A DNA stretch of 64,000 nucleotides from Chitinophaga pinensis (lineage in GTDB: Bacteria; Bacteroidota; Bacteroidia; Palsa-965): assembly GCA_943372645.1 (NCBI GenBank), contig CALRZN010000018.1:27771-91770 (forward strand), read 5' to 3'. The first letter of the stretch is position 1. Every line of letters starts with the position of its first letter. Below the pieces are notes generated by a model that made no database searches, was not told where the DNA came from, and was given only the letters and a program-made list of their open reading frames with translations. The translations under genes were made by a program, and so were the position numbers. This document shows positions 46,955 through 56,192 of the stretch, in pieces.

Positions 46955-47362
46955 ATGCGCCTCGTTTTTGTAACCTGCTTTTTGTTCGTGTGTTCATTTG
47001 CGTTTGCGCAAACCGATACGCTTCCGAAAAACGATACCACCATTTACCAGTTCGTGGAACAGCGCGCCGAATACGCCGCCGGTACCGAAGCCATGTACGC
47101 TGACCTGATGATGTCGCTGCATTACCCGGTTTCGTGCAAAGATTCCACCTGCAATGAAAGTATGTTCGTCATCCAGTTTGTGGTTGAAAAAGACGGAAGC
47201 CTTTCGCACCTCCAGCTTACCCGCGGATTTTCATGCTGCAAACAGATGAATGCGCAGGTGCTCGCGTTTTACCGCAAAAGCCCGAAATGGAAACCGGCCA
47301 TGCACAAAGGCCTTGCCGTGCGCAGCAAAATGAGCATGCCGGTGAATGTGGATATACGCTGA
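46955..47362 (+). CDS. small secreted TonB C-terminal domain protein
   Basis: Signal peptide MRLVFVTCFLFVCSFAFAQ. MFVIQFVVEKDGSLS...SPKWKPAMHKGLAV...MPVNV. Confidence 0.75.
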   Translation: MRLVFVTCFLFVCSFAFAQTDTLPKNDTTIYQFVEQRAEYAAGTEAMYADLMMSLHYPVSCKDSTCNESMFVIQFVVEKDGSLSHLQLTRGFSCCKQMNAQVLAFYRKSPKWKPAMHKGLAVRSKMSMPVNVDIR

Positions 47363-47443
47363 TTGTTCATCAAGCCCCAAAACAAGCCCAACACGTTACG
47401 TTAAGCGATTATTACCCCAAAATCATCGGCGAAACCCCATAAT

Positions 47444-47473
47444 TTGTTTTCTGGAAACCTTTTGCTATGTTTG
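47444..47473 (+). promoter_or_regulatory. Candidate Bacteroidota sigma-A promoter (TTG-N19-TATGTTTG) for the coiled-coil/zapA/rny gene group
   Basis: TTG at 47444-47446 and TATGTTTG at 47466-47473. Both spacing and sequence fit the TTG/TAnnTTTG consensus. It lies 34 nt upstream of the ATG at 47508. Confidence 0.45.
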
Positions 47474-47507
47474 TATGCTGTTGTCTTTCAGCAGTTAAGA
47501 CAAGCTT

Positions 47508-47798
47508 ATGCGTAGTATTTCTTCTACTGTGAAGGCCCTCCGGCCCAAAGTCGAAAAATTAGTACATTTGCAGGAGCAGCTGAAACGTGAAAACGGGCAA
47601 CTGCAATCGGCAAATGCCGCGCTACGGGCTGAAATGGATGAACTGCAGGCAGCACGTAACGAATTGGATGACAAGTACAAAGCCCTGAAACTGGCGAAAG
47701 CGGTTTCGGGCACTAACGATAAAAATCTCGAGCTGAAACTCAAGATTAATGAGCTGGTGCGGGAAATAGATAAATGCATCGCGCTCCTCAACCGCTGA
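47508..47798 (+). CDS. small coiled-coil protein (ZapB-like by composition only)
   Basis: Heptad-rich, E/L/K/N-rich 96-aa product immediately upstream of zapA. The antisense ORF 47495-47791 is a low-complexity shadow. Confidence 0.6.
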   Translation: MRSISSTVKALRPKVEKLVHLQEQLKRENGQLQSANAALRAEMDELQAARNELDDKYKALKLAKAVSGTNDKNLELKLKINELVREIDKCIALLNR

Positions 47799-47881
47799 CA
47801 ACGGTTGAATTTTTTGAACCAGAAGAATAACCGCCCGGAGTCGTATCACGGCCGGTATTCGGAAAAAACAAAAGAATCGCC

Positions 47882-48169
47882 ATGGGCGAACGTTCGATAA
47901 AAGTAACCATTGCGGGAAGGTCGTATCCGATCACGGTAAGTGATCGCGAGGAGCCTTTTGTGCACGAAGCGGTGAAAAAGATCAACGACAAGGTGAAACA
48001 CCTCGAGTCGGCTTACTCCGTGAAGGATAAGCAGGATCTGCTGGCCATGGTTGCTCTTCAGTTCGCCACACAATACCTGGAAACCGAATCAAAAGTGATC
48101 GAAGACCAGGACGGACTGCTCGATGAGCTGACCGGTATAGATGCCATACTGACCAAACAACTCGGGTAG
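47882..48169 (+). CDS. zapA: cell division protein ZapA
   Basis: IKVTIAGRSYPITVSDREEPFVHEAVKKINDKV....KDKQDLLAMVALQFA is the typical ZapA core. Size 95 aa. Confidence 0.85.
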   Translation: MGERSIKVTIAGRSYPITVSDREEPFVHEAVKKINDKVKHLESAYSVKDKQDLLAMVALQFATQYLETESKVIEDQDGLLDELTGIDAILTKQLG

Positions 48170-48290
48170 GCACAGCGATTTTTCGTTAAACAGGTTTGAA
48201 AAAAGTTCCCGCATCTGTTCGTTGATTACGAACGGTTTCGTGATTTATTTAACCAGAAGTAATGTTTAACGATCAACTAACAAACCAATT

Positions 48291-49847
48291 ATGCCTGAAT
48301 ATGTGCTGTACATCGTTATCGGTGTAGCTGCTTTACTCATCGGCGGTTTTATCGGTTATTTCATCACGGCAGGGAGTATGCGCAAGAAAGTGCTTGTGCA
48401 GGCCGAAGAAAAACTGAAAAAAGCGGAAGCCGACGGGGAAGCACTGAAAAAAGAAAAAATGCTGCAGGCCAAGGAGAAATTCCTGCAACTGAAATCGGAA
48501 CACGAGAAAGAGGTGAACGAGAAAAACAAAACCATCGCCTCGGCCGAACACCGTATCAAACAGAAAGAACAGAGCCTCAACCAGAAAATGGAAGAGTACA
48601 CGCGGAAGGAAAAGGAAATGGAAAGCCACCGCCGCAACCTCGACAACCAGCTCGAAATCACCAAGAAAAAAGAAGAAGACCTCGATAAGATGCACCGCCG
48701 CCAGGTGGAGCAGCTCGAAACCATTGCCGGTATTTCGGCCGAAGCGGCCAAAACGCAGCTCGTGGAATCGCTTAAAGGCGAAGCACGCACCGAATCGTTG
48801 AGCTACGTGAAAGAGATCATGGACGAGGCCAAGATGAATGCGAACAAGGAAGCGAAGAAAATCGTGATCCAGACCATTCAGCGCGTGGCCACGGAACATG
48901 CCATTGAAAATTCCGTTTCTGTTTTCCATATCGAAAACGACGAAATGAAAGGCCGCATCATCGGCCGCGAAGGCCGTAATATCCGCGCACTCGAAGCGGC
49001 CACCGGCATCGAAATTATTGTGGACGATACGCCGGAAGCCATTATCCTTTCCGGTTTCGACCCGGTACGCCGCGAAATTGCACGCCTTGCGCTGCACCAG
49101 CTGGTTACCGACGGCCGCATTCACCCGGCACGTATCGAAGAAGTGGTTGAAAAAATCAAGAAACAGGTAGATGATGAAATTGCCGAAGTGGGCAAACGCA
49201 CCTGCATCGACCTTGGTATTCACAACCTGCACCCGGAACTGATGCGTATGGTAGGACGGATGAAATACCGTTCGTCGTACGGCCAGAACCTGCTGCAGCA
49301 CTCGCGCGAAGTGGCCAACCTGTGTGCCATTATGGCGGCAGAACTCGGCCTCAACGTAAAAGCTGCAAAACGCGCAGGCCTGCTCCACGACATCGGTAAA
49401 GTGCCGGAAGATGAGCCGGAATTACCGCACGCTATTCTCGGTATGAAACTCGCAGAGAAGTTCAAAGAGAAACCGGATGTGTGTAACGCCATCGGCGCAC
49501 ACCACGATGAAATTGAAATGACCACGATGATTGCGCCGATTATCCAGGTGTGCGACGCCATTTCCGGCGCACGTCCGGGTGCACGCCGCGAAATTGTGGA
49601 GCAGTACATCAAACGCCTGAAAGACCTCGAAGCCCTCGCGCTTTCGTATCCGGGTGTGGATAAAACCTACGCCATCCAGGCCGGCCGTGAGCTGCGTGTT
49701 ATTGTATCCAGCGAAAAAGTAACCGACAAGGACGCAGAAAAACTGGCGATTGATATTTCGAGCCGCATCCAGAATGAGATGACGTACCCGGGCCAGGTGA
49801 AAGTAACGGTGATTCGCGAAACACGTGCTGTGGGTATTGCCAAGTAA
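48291..49847 (+). CDS. rny: ribonuclease Y
   Basis: N-terminal TM helix, long coiled coil, KH domain ([19 protein letters not shown]) and HD domain ([14 protein letters not shown]). Confidence 0.97.
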   Translation: MPEYVLYIVIGVAALLIGGFIGYFITAGSMRKKVLVQAEEKLKKAEADGEALKKEKMLQAKEKFLQLKSEHEKEVNEKNKTIASAEHRIKQKEQSLNQKMEEYTRKEKEMESHRRNLDNQLEITKKKEEDLDKMHRRQVEQLETIAGISAEAAKTQLVESLKGEARTESLSYVKEIMDEAKMNANKEAKKIVIQTIQRVATEHAIENSVSVFHIENDEMKGRIIGREGRNIRALEAATGIEIIVDDTPEAIILSGFDPVRREIARLALHQLVTDGRIHPARIEEVVEKIKKQVDDEIAEVGKRTCIDLGIHNLHPELMRMVGRMKYRSSYGQNLLQHSREVANLCAIMAAELGLNVKAAKRAGLLHDIGKVPEDEPELPHAILGMKLAEKFKEKPDVCNAIGAHHDEIEMTTMIAPIIQVCDAISGARPGARREIVEQYIKRLKDLEALALSYPGVDKTYAIQAGRELRVIVSSEKVTDKDAEKLAIDISSRIQNEMTYPGQVKVTVIRETRAVGIAK

Positions 49848-49861
49848 TTTGTAGCCCATTC

Positions 49862-49905
49862 AAAAACAAAACAGGCGCTCCGTTCGGGGCGCCTGTTTTG
49901 TTTTT
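49862..49905. terminator. Bidirectional rho-independent terminator between rny (+) and the yhcG-like gene (-)
   Basis: The 12-bp stem caaaacaggcgc (49867-49878) pairs with gcgcctgttttg (49889-49900). It is flanked by an A-run on the left and a T-run on the right. Confidence 0.8.
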
Positions 49906-51085
49906 AACGTTTCCGCGAGAACTGTGTTATAAGCTGATGCAGTTTTGCTGCCAGCAGATTTTTCGGAATCAGTTTGGTTTCATATTCCGCAATAATTGCC
50001 GGTGACGTATTTCGGGCCAGGGCATATTCAACAACTTCAGAGTCTTTTCCTTTGCAAAGCAAAACCCCGATGCTGTCTTTCTCATGCGGTCGTTTCTCGT
50101 CCCGATCCAGCGACTCCAGGTAAAAGTTCATTTTGCCGATATGGCCGGGATCGAACTCTTCCATTTTTAATTCAAACAGCACGAGGCATTGCAGATCGCG
50201 GTTGTAAAAAAGCAGGTCAGTGCGGTAGTCTTTATTCCCAACCTGTATCCGGAATTGATTGCCGAGATACGTAAACCCTTTCCCGATTTCAAGGATAAAT
50301 TTCTGGATGTTTTTAACCATGGCTTGCTCCAGGTCCTTTTCGTTGTATCCTTCCGGCAGATCAAGAAATTCAAAAACATATGGATCCTTAAAAATATGAT
50401 CAGGTATGATAACCTCTTTTTTTCTGCCGTTTTTCCGGCCAGGAAGCTGCTTCGTTTTCTGTTTTGCACGAATCATTGTTCGTTCGAAGTAACCCGTTTT
50501 AAGCTGCCTGCGCAGGTCGCGCATCGACCACTTTTCCTTGATGCAGTAAAGCAGGTAGAAGAATTTTTCTTCCGGCGTTTTTGTCCTGGAAATGAGCTCC
50601 AGGTGATTGGACCAGGTAACCTTGCAGAGCATAGTAGCAAGCAGTTTTTGCCGCATTACATCAAGCCTGTCAATTTGTGTCGGCAGTGCCGACACTTTTT
50701 TGGTTTTACGCTTTTGGCCTAATTGTGTCGGCACTGCCGACACAATTGTATTTTGCTTATTATCAGAAAAATACGCCTTCAGTGGGGTTGCCAGTGGCTT
50801 GAAAAAATCCGATGATGAATACACCTCATAAAACTGTTTCATCCGGTATAAACCGCGGCGGTTGAAACTCCTGGAACCCGGAAAGCGTTGCTGAATATAA
50901 TCAGCAAGATCACCAACAGTATTATCTCCCCATTTGCCGGTGTTTACTTTTTCTGAAACAATCTTCCCTACACCGTAGTAAAGGAATACCAATTCTTCAT
51001 TGACTTTCCGGAATGTGTGTTCGCGGGCATTTTCGATCATGGAGGCAATTACTGCAAACTCCCTGCGGTTTTGTGGCTTTCTCAT
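49904..51085 (-). CDS. YhcG-family (DUF1016) PDDEXK nuclease-like protein
   Basis: N-domain AREHTFRKVNEELVFLYYGVGKIV...RGLYRMKQFYEVY. Central VTWSNHLELISRTKTPEEKFFYLLYCIKEKWSMRDLRRQL. C-terminal PD-(D/E)XK core YRTDLLFYNRDLQCLVLFELKMEEF..GHIGKMNFYL. Confidence 0.85.
   Translation of the reverse strand: MRKPQNRREFAVIASMIENAREHTFRKVNEELVFLYYGVGKIVSEKVNTGKWGDNTVGDLADYIQQRFPGSRSFNRRGLYRMKQFYEVYSSSDFFKPLATPLKAYFSDNKQNTIVSAVPTQLGQKRKTKKVSALPTQIDRLDVMRQKLLATMLCKVTWSNHLELISRTKTPEEKFFYLLYCIKEKWSMRDLRRQLKTGYFERTMIRAKQKTKQLPGRKNGRKKEVIIPDHIFKDPYVFEFLDLPEGYNEKDLEQAMVKNIQKFILEIGKGFTYLGNQFRIQVGNKDYRTDLLFYNRDLQCLVLFELKMEEFDPGHIGKMNFYLESLDRDEKRPHEKDSIGVLLCKGKDSEVVEYALARNTSPAIIAEYETKLIPKNLLAAKLHQLITQFSRKR
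50677..50747. repeat. Two copies of a hairpin-forming palindrome inside the yhcG-like CDS
   Basis: gtgtcggcagtgccgacac (50677-50695; 9+1+9 palindrome) and aattgtgtcggcactgccgacacaatt (50721-50747; 13+1+13 palindrome). They encode VSAVPT and VSALPT on the minus strand. Confidence 0.85.
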
Positions 51086-51224
51086 TGTATCGTACAGCGT
51101 TAAATCTTGACCTAATATGAAAATACAGCATCATAATGCTTCGCAAATATAATAAAGCGGGAAAATATAAACTGTTTTTTTTGTGATGTTTTTTGTTGTA
51201 ATATATTATATATTACAAACTACA

Positions 51225-51476
51225 TTAGCCGATTAACAAACCGATGGATGTTGCAATAGAAAGCAAAAACAGTAACGTGTAAAAACTCTTCATCCATTCT
51301 TTCCGGAACAGCAGTACGAACATGGAAACCACCAGCCACAAAACATTTAAAAGAAAAAGTGCGCTTGTTATTAAACTGAATAATCCATTATCCACCGGTA
51401 TGCTCAGCAGGAATAACGGCAGGGTCAGGAAAACCCACAGCACAGTCTGAAACCAGTTTTTAAAAGGACCTGCCAT
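51225..51476 (-). CDS. small hypothetical membrane protein (three predicted TM segments)
   Basis: 83-aa, strongly hydrophobic product. I recognise no family. Confidence 0.45.
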   Translation of the reverse strand: MAGPFKNWFQTVLWVFLTLPLFLLSIPVDNGLFSLITSALFLLNVLWLVVSMFVLLFRKEWMKSFYTLLFLLSIATSIGLLIG

Positions 51477-51679
51477 GCTGGTATAAGGAGCTCAATATCT
51501 GCCCGCTTTTGTTCATGTGTTAAAGGTGCTTTTTTTTCGCCAGCCGGCAATGAGTAACGGCCGCAAAAACAAAACCGTTTGAAAAAGCCGCTGTATTTCC
51601 AGGATTGCAGAATCGCTTCCCCAAGCCCCGTAACACGCCCAAGCGCTATAATTCCCTACCTTCGCAGCCAATATTTCGT

Positions 51680-52966
51680 ATGGCGGAAAAAAGAAAACTT
51701 CCGGAGTTTTACAAACACGTTATCACCCTGGTTATGGGTACCGGGCTGGCGCAGGCGGTAAACCTGCTGGCTTCGCCGGTGCTTTCGCGTTTGTTTACGC
51801 CGGAAGAGTTTGCCCTGTTTGCTGTATTCACAGCCATTACGGGCATTGCCGGTGTTGCTGCCACAGGCCGCTACGAAATGGCCATCACCCTGCCCGCCGA
51901 ACCACGCCGCGCCATGCACCTGGCTGGTATTGCGCTGCTGGCCGTTTCAGGAATGACCTTACTTACATTACTCGGCGTAATTATCGGTAACCTGGTTTGG
52001 CTGGTTACAGATCATAAACTGCATTTCCCGTTTTCGTTTTACCTGCTGCCACTGGCCGTAGCCATGACCGGTGCGGGAGCTGTGTTCAATTACTGGTCAA
52101 CGCGGCACAAAACATTCCGCACCAACGCCACCGCGCGCGTGCTGGGCGCATTGCTTACAGTTTCTGTAAGCATACTGTTGGGCTGGCTGGCATTCGGTAC
52201 CAAAGGCCTGATCATCGGGTTTACGTTCGGACAAACACTGACAACACTTTTCCTGTGGTATTACACCTTCCGCACCGTGCGCCGCGCCGATTTTACAAAA
52301 CCGGAACTGCGCGCCGAAGCCCGTGAATACCGACGTTTTCCGTACATCAATATGCCGCATGCCGTGGTTGACAGCCTGCAGGATAACGGCATTATTTTTC
52401 TCATGCAATCGTATTTTCTCGAAGCAGTTACCGGCTGGTATTCGTTTGCATTCCGCATGCTGAAAGCACCGGTGGGGTTAATCGGTGCCGCATTCGGACA
52501 GGTATTTTATCAGCAATTGTCGGTGGCGCGGCAGGAGGGACGCGACATGCGGCCCATGGTGTTAAAAATTTACCTGCGGATGGCGCTCATCGGATTGCCC
52601 GGTTTTGTGATCCTTTACCTGTACACACCGGAACTGTTTGCCTTTGTGTTTGGCGAAAAGTGGCGCGAAGCAGGTAACATCGCACACATCCTCACGCCGT
52701 GGATATTCCTGAATTTTGTGGCATCGCCCGTAGCAGGAATTACACTCGTGTGCGGCAAACAACGCGAAGCATTTATCATCACCATCATTGACAGCTCGAT
52801 CCGTTTTGCAGCCATTATTTATGGCGGTATCACACACGATTACGCTATTGCCATGCACCTCATCACCATTTTCTGCAGTATAATACTGATATTTGCTTTA
52901 GGCTGGTATTATTACCTCGCCGGACAGGGAATCAAGCATGAAAAAACGGATCAGCCAGCTGGCTGA
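51680..52966 (+). CDS. oligosaccharide flippase (Wzx / polysaccharide biosynthesis protein family)
   Basis: ~430-aa polytopic membrane protein starting MAEKRKLPEFYKHVITLVMGTGLAQAVNLLASPVLSRLFTPEEF, typical of Wzx/MOP flippases. ATG at 51680. Confidence 0.75.
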   Translation: MAEKRKLPEFYKHVITLVMGTGLAQAVNLLASPVLSRLFTPEEFALFAVFTAITGIAGVAATGRYEMAITLPAEPRRAMHLAGIALLAVSGMTLLTLLGVIIGNLVWLVTDHKLHFPFSFYLLPLAVAMTGAGAVFNYWSTRHKTFRTNATARVLGALLTVSVSILLGWLAFGTKGLIIGFTFGQTLTTLFLWYYTFRTVRRADFTKPELRAEAREYRRFPYINMPHAVVDSLQDNGIIFLMQSYFLEAVTGWYSFAFRMLKAPVGLIGAAFGQVFYQQLSVARQEGRDMRPMVLKIYLRMALIGLPGFVILYLYTPELFAFVFGEKWREAGNIAHILTPWIFLNFVASPVAGITLVCGKQREAFIITIIDSSIRFAAIIYGGITHDYAIAMHLITIFCSIILIFALGWYYYLAGQGIKHEKTDQPAG

Positions 52967-53639
52967 AATTGTGAAAACGATCCGCAGTTTACCGAAAGCG
53001 GAAATTGTGCTGGGCAGCGACGGTAACGGGCAGCGTTTATACAACGCCTTTACAGCGCGGCATCCGCACTATTTTATTATTGAACGGAAGGAAATGGGTG
53101 TGGCCCTCATTACGCTTGCCGATTTTGAAAACGCTGATTCCTACACGCAATCGGTAAACGGTAAAAACTCGGCTGCTTATTATGCCCGCAAAGCCCGCCG
53201 CGCCGGTTACACGTTCCGCGCATTTGATCCGGCGGTTATGAAAGATGCCATTTATGCGGTTAATACTTCTGCCGGTGAACGCCAGGGCCGAAGCATGGAT
53301 GCCTCATACCTCAATCCCGATTTTCAGTATCCCGCTGACGAAGGCAATGTGTATTACGGTGTTTTTAAAGACAATGAACTGGTGGCGTATCTCTGGATTG
53401 TTTACACCGGCGAACTCACCGTGCTCAACCGCCTGCTCGGTCATGCCGCACACCTCAATGATGGTGTGATGTACCTGCTGGTTACCGCTTATGTGGAAGA
53501 AGTACTGCAACATAAATCGGCTTTGAAATACGTCATGTATGATACGTTTTTCGGGGCATCGGACGGATTGAAATTATTCAAAACACGCTGCGGTTTTAAA
53601 GCGCACCGCGTGAAATGGAAAATAGCTGAGAACGCATGA
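52938..53639 (+). CDS. GNAT/FemAB-like acyltransferase-fold protein (putative)
   Basis: Its position in a glycan locus and C-terminal LVAYLWIVYTGELTV..RLLGH...GVMYLLVTAYVEE...KYVMYDTFFGASDGLKLFKTRCGFK resemble Acetyltransf_6-type proteins. This is an impression only. Confidence 0.45.
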   Translation: MKKRISQLAEIVKTIRSLPKAEIVLGSDGNGQRLYNAFTARHPHYFIIERKEMGVALITLADFENADSYTQSVNGKNSAAYYARKARRAGYTFRAFDPAVMKDAIYAVNTSAGERQGRSMDASYLNPDFQYPADEGNVYYGVFKDNELVAYLWIVYTGELTVLNRLLGHAAHLNDGVMYLLVTAYVEEVLQHKSALKYVMYDTFFGASDGLKLFKTRCGFKAHRVKWKIAENA

Positions 53640-54421
53640 GTATCCGGCACCGCATTTACGGCGATTACCTGATGGCTTCACGCATGAATGCCTACGAGGC
53701 CCTGTTGCAGGCAGCTGCAGAAGCAGGTTACACGCACCTCACGCTTTCGGAATATTATGCTTTACTCGCAGCGGGAACGATTGATCCGGCAAAAAAATAT
53801 TTCCTGCACCGCCACGATATCGATTCAGACATCAGCACCGCACGCCGCTTTTTTGAAGCGGAAAAAAAATACGGGATCAAAACCAGCTATTATTTCCGGC
53901 TGTGTACCTGGGCACCGGGACTGATGGAAGAAATTCACGCGTATGGAAGCGAAGCCACATACCACTACGAAGAACTGGCGCAGTATTGCAAAGACCATGG
54001 CATACGCGATGCAGCAAAAGCAAAAGCGGTTTACCCGGAAGTGCGCGATGTGTTCCGCGCGAATTTTAAACGCCTTGCAGCAACGCTTTCGTATCCGATG
54101 AAAAGCATTGCCTCGCACGGTGATTTTGTGAACCGTAAGCTGGGGCTTTCCAATTATGCGTTTGTTACCCGCGAACTGATGGATGAACTCGGAATCGTTT
54201 TCGAATGTTACGAAGACCGCCTGCTGCAAAGTTTTACCAGCATCCATTCCGATACCATGCCGCCCGCATTTTACCGCCCGGCAAACCCGCACGAGGCCAT
54301 CAAACGGGGCGACCGCGTGGTGTACCTGCTCACACACCCACGCCACTGGCACACGGCGGTGTGGGAAAATACCAAAGACAATGTGTTCCGTTTTTACGAA
54401 GGACTTAAATACCGATTCTGA
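53636..54421 (+). CDS. putative polysaccharide deacetylase-like (CE4-like) protein
   Basis: LHRHDIDSDISTARRFFEAEKKYGIKTSYYFRL resembles the H-x-D-x-D N-terminal motif of deacetylase-like proteins found in glycan clusters. ATGA overlap with the upstream gene. Confidence 0.4.
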   Translation: MSIRHRIYGDYLMASRMNAYEALLQAAAEAGYTHLTLSEYYALLAAGTIDPAKKYFLHRHDIDSDISTARRFFEAEKKYGIKTSYYFRLCTWAPGLMEEIHAYGSEATYHYEELAQYCKDHGIRDAAKAKAVYPEVRDVFRANFKRLAATLSYPMKSIASHGDFVNRKLGLSNYAFVTRELMDELGIVFECYEDRLLQSFTSIHSDTMPPAFYRPANPHEAIKRGDRVVYLLTHPRHWHTAVWENTKDNVFRFYEGLKYRF

Positions 54422-54981
54422 TGTTCAACCGAATCCGCTTTCACCTGTTTAAATGGTTCCGCCCGGCAATGGTCGGACGTTACCGCCGTGCCGACGGCAG
54501 TGTGGCCGCCAACACCCGCGTGAGTAATACCACGCACATCGGAAACCCGGAGCAACTCACCATCGGCGATCATGTGTTCATCGGGCATTTTAATTTCCTG
54601 GATGCGAGTAACGGCTTAACCATCGGCGAAGGCTGCCAGGTTACAAACTACGTGAGCATTCTCACCCATTCGAGCCACATGTCCATTCGCCTGTACGGGC
54701 GCGCTTATGCGGGTACCGACATGAAAGCGTATGTGCGCGGTTCCATTTCCATCGGTGCATTTACGTTTGTCGGTCCGCACAGTGTCATCATGCCCGGAAC
54801 AAAAATCGGAAAGGGCAGCATCGTAAGCGCGTATGCATACGTGAGCGGCGAGTTCCCTGATTTTGCAATCATTTCCGGAAACCCGGCAAAAGCAATCGGT
54901 GATACGCGCCGCATGGACGAACGCATTTTAAAGCAGCATCCGGAACTGCGTGAACATTACAACGCATGGGCGAACAGCTGA
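54421..54981 (+). CDS. hexapeptide-repeat (LbH) O-acetyltransferase
   Basis: Left-handed beta-helix repeats: IGDHVFIGHFNFLDASNGLTIGEGCQVTNYVSI, ISIGAFTFVGPHSVIMPGTKIGKGSIVSAYAYV, IISGNPAK. Confidence 0.8.
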   Translation: MFNRIRFHLFKWFRPAMVGRYRRADGSVAANTRVSNTTHIGNPEQLTIGDHVFIGHFNFLDASNGLTIGEGCQVTNYVSILTHSSHMSIRLYGRAYAGTDMKAYVRGSISIGAFTFVGPHSVIMPGTKIGKGSIVSAYAYVSGEFPDFAIISGNPAKAIGDTRRMDERILKQHPELREHYNAWANS

Positions 54982-56192
54982 ACATAACCACAAACCGGTG
55001 GGTATTACCTGCGCAGCTCGTGTTCATCGCGTTCCTGGCAGGGCTTTTTTTATTGCCTGCAATTGAATTAAGCAGCAGCCTGCCCAAAGTGCAGCCGGAT
55101 GAGTTTTTACTGCCGCTGATTGGCCTGTGCTGTTTCCTTTTGCCCGGAAAACAAACACTGTGGCCCCTGCGCACGTATGGTCTCATCATCGCAGGCATGT
55201 TGCTTTTTATTATGCTTTCTATGCTTGTAAACAGCCGCCTCGGTAACCTGCGTGATGCCTTTGAAATGGTGAAGCTGCTGAAGTATGCACTCGTTATTGC
55301 TTTTGTAGCATTGATTGTTCCCCATGTGCGCATCCGCCTGCTGCTGCAGATTGCACTTGCCGCATCGCTGCTTTTTAACCTGCTGCATTACACCGACTTT
55401 ATGGGTTTCAACCAGGCCGTTGTTTCGCATTACGGTGCCGAAGTGCAGGTAGATACATTTGGTCTCAACTCACTGGGGCAGCCCGATACCAAACGCATCC
55501 TGGGCGTAATCGGCAACCCCAACGGGAATGCGATCCTGTTTCTGTTTTTTGCAACGTTTTTCTTCCCGGCAAAAAATGCAACGTGGAAAGAACAGCTGTG
55601 GTTTTTTCTCGCAGTTTTTGGTGTACTGGCCTGCCAGTCGCGCACCGCATTTATCGCGTTACTTCTCATTGTTCCGCTGGGCGTGTGGCATTACCGTTAT
55701 GGCTGGAAACAGTTGCTGCTGCTGGTGCTGCTGTTTGCAGCGTTGTATGGCTTGCTGTTGCTGCTGGGTAATTTGTACATCAGTTCACTCACCTCCGGCA
55801 AACTGATGCAAACAAACTCGGTGCGCGGACGTTTTGAAGTGTGGGGCATGCTCTGGGAAATGATCAAAGCAAAACCATTGCTCGGTTACGGTCCGTTCAA
55901 AGATTATTTTTACACCAACAACATTTACCCGGAGAATGAGTACATCCTGTACCTCTGGCGTTATGGATTTTTCGGGTTGCCGTTTTATTTCCTGCTGCTT
56001 TGCTGGCCTGCAGTGCGCGGCTGGCAGACACGGATGCACCCTGCAGGAATAAACCTCCTGCTTTTTGCAATTGTAATTGCGGTATCCGCATTGACAAATA
56101 CACCGTTGTCAGAACCGAAAAATATGATGATGTTTGCCCTGTTTATCGGCATCTGGGTGGGCACACACCAGCGCCAACAACCGGCCTTATGA
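54966..56192 (+). CDS. O-antigen ligase/polymerase family (Wzy-like) membrane protein, copy 1
   Basis: ~10 TM segments, a loop containing ACQSRTAFIALLL, and a periplasmic loop with GRFEVWGMLWEMIKAKPLLGYG. Confidence 0.7.
   Translation: MGEQLNITTNRWVLPAQLVFIAFLAGLFLLPAIELSSSLPKVQPDEFLLPLIGLCCFLLPGKQTLWPLRTYGLIIAGMLLFIMLSMLVNSRLGNLRDAFEMVKLLKYALVIAFVALIVPHVRIRLLLQIALAASLLFNLLHYTDFMGFNQAVVSHYGAEVQVDTFGLNSLGQPDTKRILGVIGNPNGNAILFLFFATFFFPAKNATWKEQLWFFLAVFGVLACQSRTAFIALLLIVPLGVWHYRYGWKQLLLLVLLFAALYGLLLLLGNLYISSLTSGKLMQTNSVRGRFEVWGMLWEMIKAKPLLGYGPFKDYFYTNNIYPENEYILYLWRYGFFGLPFYFLLLCWPAVRGWQTRMHPAGINLLLFAIVIAVSALTNTPLSEPKNMMMFALFIGIWVGTHQRQQPAL

Noticed and set aside
47495-47791. 98-aa ORF almost exactly antisense to the 96-aa coiled-coil gene upstream of zapA.
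   Set aside because: The sense product has clean heptad character, an ATG, and a TTG-N19-TAnnTTTG promoter 34 nt upstream. The antisense product is S/L/R low complexity with a non-ATG start.
48170-48290. Possible 6S RNA (ssrS), because ssrS lies just downstream of zapA in E. coli.
   Set aside because: The gap is only 121 nt, shorter than a 6S RNA, and I cannot draw the long closing-stem/central-bubble structure. It is more likely the rny 5' leader. A covariance-model scan (6S, 6S-Flavo) would settle it.
48333-49388. 351-aa ORF antisense to rny, and comparable long antisense ORFs at 14645-15394, 27797-28567 and 40215-40967.
   Set aside because: The sense-strand products (RNase Y, Ddl, TonB-dependent receptor, M23 peptidase) are unambiguous. 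The antisense translations are rich in F/R/H/C and carry no motifs.
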